From Candidatus Marinacidobacterales bacterium (GTDB lineage: Bacteria; Acidobacteriota; Vicinamibacteria; Marinacidobacterales; DATDRI01), in assembly GCA_965219415.1 (NCBI GenBank), contig CBDCNP010000002.1, forward strand, positions 4,064,001 to 4,128,000: DNA of 64,000 nt. Direction: 5' to 3'. Below the pieces are notes generated by a model. The model had not been told where the DNA came from. It did not search any database and saw nothing but the letters and a program-made list of their open reading frames with translations. Within the stretch, counting starts at the first letter, position 1; each line of letters begins with the position of its first letter. Shown in pieces: positions 60,668 through 64,000 of the stretch. A program made the translations under genes and the position numbers.

Positions 60668-61439
60668 TCATGATGTTGCCGTCTTTTTCCGGGTTTTGAG
60701 CGAGCGACGGAAGCGATAGGACTCGGTACCGGTTTCGAGGATGTGAGCCTGGTCGGTGAGCCGGTCCAGTAGCGCTTTGCACAGCCGGGCGTTTGTGAAC
60801 ACTTGCGTCCATTCCGAGAACGGCAAGTTAGTGGTGATGACGGTCGCGGCGCGCTCACATCGTTCGGAGACGACCTGAAACAACAGTTCGGCACCGACCT
60901 CGGCGAGCGGTACGTAGCCGAGTTCGTCGATGCACAGCAGTTCGAAGCGGGCGTGCTTGCGAATAGCCTTAGAAAGCTGGAGCTCCTCCTTGGCCTCGAC
61001 GAGTTCGTTGACGAGCCTCGACGCGGTCGTGAACCGCACTCGACGACGCTGCTGGCAGGCCTCTACACACAGCGCGGTGGCGAGATGGGTTTTGCCAGTG
61101 CCGGCATCGCCGAGAAAAAATCACCGGCTCTGCCCGCTCGAGGTATCTACCCTCAGTGAGTTGGCGGATTCGCTGAGCGGACAGCTTCGGTGACAGCGAG
61201 AAGTCGAACTCGTCGAGCGTCTTCGCTCTCGGCAGCTGTGCTTCCTTCAGCCGTCTCTGAACCGTTCGGTGTTCTCGCTCTTCGACTTCAGAGCTGAGCA
61301 GAACCTCCAGATAACCCACGTGGGTTTGTTTTTCGCGGCTAGCTTGTTCTGCGAGCTTGTGGAACTGAGCTGACACCGTTGGCATCCGAAGCGTCTTGCA
61401 ATGCTGCTGGATCGTCTGAATCTCGACGGGTTGTCTCAT
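60668..61439 (-). CDS. istB: IS21 helper ATPase IstB (frameshift near 61117)
   Basis: [14 protein letters not shown] across the shift, [22 protein letters not shown]. Confidence 0.88.
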
Positions 61440-62990
61440 CGACTTACCTCGTGTGCCTGCTCATCCACGAGTCGGTCGTAGTGACCCACGTGAGGTAGAG
61501 GACGTTCGTAGCGCGCCAGCTCACCGAGTTGAGATTGGACTAGCTCTGACGATGCCGCGCGCGAAAGCGATGGAGACTCGACAAGGTGCCGAATCGCGTC
61601 TGCATCGATACAGCCGATCTCAAGCGCCACACGCAACGTATCTCTTAGCTGGTCGTAACCGTGTCGGCGTCCAAGCTGCACGAGTTCGATCATCTGACGC
61701 GTGCCTTCTTGCTTGCCCGTGACGACGATTCAATCGCTTCCACACTTCATCGTAGCTCGCTGGCCACCGTCCTTGCTCGCGCCACTGCGCCAGAGGCGTC
61801 GACCCGGCTAAGGCTCCGGGTTTGCGCTCGAGGACGTCCAAGTAGTGTTCAAGATCTAGTACTTGTTTCATGCGGTCGTAGCAGCGTTCGTGACGCGCCA
61901 CCCGGCGTCCCTCGTGCCAGACCTCAACTTCAAGCGGCATCAGCTTGGCCACCGCACGTTGGCCGCGCTTGAGCGGCGTCGAGTACCAGTTCGTGCCCGC
62001 ACGGACGCAACCCTTCTTATCCACCAGACCGATTCGTCTTTCTTCGAGCTCGAAACCCTGCGTCGCCAGTGGCAACAGGTGCTCGCGTTCGTACTCCATC
62101 CCAACACCAACCGTATGTGCTTTGCCGGAGATGTGACGTTTCTCCTCCTTGCGGCAACACGTCAGCAGGTAGTCGTTCAGCTCTTCCCAATCCGTGAACT
62201 CAGGGACCGGCGTCCAGTGATTGCGGCGGAAGTAGCCGACCTCGCTTTCCACACCGCCTTTCTCGTTTCCACGGCTCGGATTGCAAAATTCCGACTCAAA
62301 ACTCCAATGCGAGCGAAACATGATGAACCGTTCTGTTTGCTCACGTTGGTGACCCCGAAGGATCTTCCTCACCGCCAGCGATAGGTTGTCGTAACGCAGC
62401 CGGTGGAACACCCCGCCGAAAAACTCGAACGCCTTCTCGTGCGCTTCGAAAAACGCTTGCTGCGTCGGACGCGGATACCCTCGATGCAACGCCCCTCCGC
62501 TTGCCATGCTCCGAACCACCAGCACGTAGACCTTCTGCTCTCGCCCTCCGATCCGTGAGTGAGCCTCGTACCAGTCCACTTGGCCTTCACCGCCCCACTC
62601 GTAACTCTGGGGCACGAACACTTCGGCGTCCTTCAACCCCAGCTCTCGCCTCCGACGACCTACGTAGCGACGTATCGTTGGTTCCGCTATCTCATGTCCC
62701 GGATACTCCTCAATCACACGACTCCAGATTCGATGAGCCGTGTGACGCTGTTTGCGCGGGGCTCGCTTGTCTCCTTCCAGAATCCCGTCGATGAACTCGA
62801 CCACTGGACCCAGTTTCGGTGACGCCCGTTCTGGACATTTACGCTCCCGTGGCACAGCCTTCTCCAGGGCCTGTCGCACCATTCGTCGGTGAACACCGTA
62901 CTTCGTTGCAACTCCTTGAATCGTTCCAACTCCGCGTTCGTACTCTCGCCTCATCTGCTCGAACAGTCGCACTTTGGCACCCCTTTCCAA
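61436..62990 (-). CDS. istA: IS21 transposase IstA (frameshift near 61700)
   Basis: [22 protein letters not shown]. Confidence 0.9.
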
Positions 62991-63319
62991 CCGACACCTC
63001 CTTCCCGGGACTTCGCCCCGGGAAGACTAACGGTTCGATACGGGTGGGCCAAATCAGACGATCAATATGGGCCAAAACAGAGTAGCAAACACAGGCGCGG
63101 TACGGGCAGCCGAGACCGCGTTCATGGAGCTGGCCCAGGAGCTGACTGCGCTGGTGCCGGAATCCTGCTCGGGAGGATCACGTCTGGCCAGACGACAATC
63201 AACAGTGCGTGAGGCGCGCCGGGCCTGAGTTCGTTTGTGTTTTTGGACACGACGCCCGAGCAAGATCAGAGAATTTCTTGACTTGTACAGGCTAGGAACA
63301 CGTACAAAGGCTACTTTTT

Positions 63320-64000
63320 CTATTCTCCTTCGTTTTCTTCCTCGGGCCTCTGCAGTACGTCGAACGGCACCCTCAAGTAATTGTCCTTTAATCTCTTCAC
63401 TGAGTCCGACTCAAGTCTTCTGATCCGTGCGGCACGATGCTCAGCGACGCCATCGTAAACGCAATGTCGCAGGTAGTTTACTACCGAGTTCTCGCCTTCG
63501 AGCATCCGCCAGTGAGGGTGCTGCTTGTTTACAACTATCGCTAGTTTGTTTTCGTCAATATTCTCGTTGACGAAATAGGGATCGTTCGGTGAGCCGATCG
63601 TGTCTATGTAGACGTGGATACTCATATCATTGAAAGCGACTACGAACACGGGATCTTGGGTCCTGGCGTTCTCCGCTACGTGTTGATTGCTCGCTTGAAT
63701 CTGGTCCAATGGTGGAAGCGTCTCCTCTAGCCGTAAGGCTTCAAGAAACTCGGGTGTAGAGAGCTCCTCCTCTACGGTCTGAACAGCTGCATCGACATGG
63801 AGGAGACCCGAGGGCGTTGAGATCCCTCGCAAGCTCAAGCCCGAGATCGGCGCGATCAATAACACCATCGCAGCGATCATCATGGTAAACAAGGCCATCG
63901 CGAAGAACGTCGGTGACAGCCGCAAGAGGCCCGAGTGGTCCTTAGAGGAGTTCGTCGCCGCGACGGAAGCTCTTCCCGGCATCCTCAACAACCTCGTTCG
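63320..64000 (-). CDS. C-terminal part of a protein extending beyond the window, possibly a GHKL-ATPase-type protein
   Basis: Stop at 63320; LAIVVNKQHPHW resembles the C-terminal IN..HP motif of GHKL ATPases. A frameshift near 63800 is probable. Confidence 0.35.
   Translation of the reverse strand, partial: RTRLLRMPGRASVAATNSSKDHSGLLRLSPTFFAMALFTMMIAAMVLLIAPISGLSLRGISTPSGLLHVDAAVQTVEEELSTPEFLEALRLEETLPPLDQIQASNQHVAENARTQDPVFVVAFNDMSIHVYIDTIGSPNDPYFVNENIDENKLAIVVNKQHPHWRMLEGENSVVNYLRHCVYDGVAEHRAARIRRLESDSVKRLKDNYLRVPFDVLQRPEEENEGE

Larger units (their letters stand above)
60508..63093 (-). mobile_element. IS21-family insertion sequence
   Basis: TGT..ACA ends, internal repeated TGGCCCA motifs, TSD GGCGCG at 60502-60507 and 63094-63099. 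Confidence 0.9.
60377..63228 (+). pseudogene. 3' fragment of a serine hydrolase gene, interrupted by IS21
   Basis: IWHNGSNTMWYALLMLLP..FATNDGA lies before the IS; the frame continues VRAAETAFMELA.. after the TSD. Confidence 0.55.

Noticed and set aside
1-64000. CRISPR array, tRNA, rRNA, retron or diversity-generating retroelement
   Set aside because: No regularly spaced repeats, cloverleaf, rRNA-like sequence or reverse transcriptase was seen by eye. Differences between duplicated segments are not confined to adenines.

Overview
GC-rich bacterial accessory region. Its gene content (repeated Ser/Thr-kinase/TolB-like propeller remnants, a PEP-CTERM gene, DUF222-HNH genes) suggests Acidobacteriota; this is an inference. 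Many single-base frameshifts sit in homopolymers, so several 'broken' genes may be sequencing errors. From left to right: (1) an apparent operon of a FadL-like outer-membrane barrel, an exported TPR-TM-STAND-type ATPase and a cytoplasmic STAND-type ATPase-kinase; (2) bioB and a fused bioD-bioA; (3) a mosaic of gene fragments; (4) an amidohydrolase, a membrane protein, an IS256 with 8-bp TSD, and a PEP-CTERM gene with a sigma54 promoter; (5) a hydantoinase/oxoprolinase-amidohydrolase-MFS cluster, peptidases and an FG-GAP protein; (6) an unannotated UGA-readthrough selenoprotein (CxxU motif, SECIS-like hairpin); (7) a proline racemase-family gene with putP; (8) an ECF sigma / zinc-finger anti-sigma-vWA / large exported protein operon; (9) a DUF222-HNH gene with associated palindromes; (10) ISL3, a PilY1-like adhesin, DUF1501 and an aryl-sulfotransferase; (11) a nested IS cluster (TIR-bounded integrase-core element, IS3, IS21). 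No rRNA, tRNA or CRISPR array was seen. The best candidates for a new system are the paired STAND-ATPase trans-envelope kinase operon (1-5.7 kb) and the multidomain exported selenoprotein (29.5-31.1 kb).
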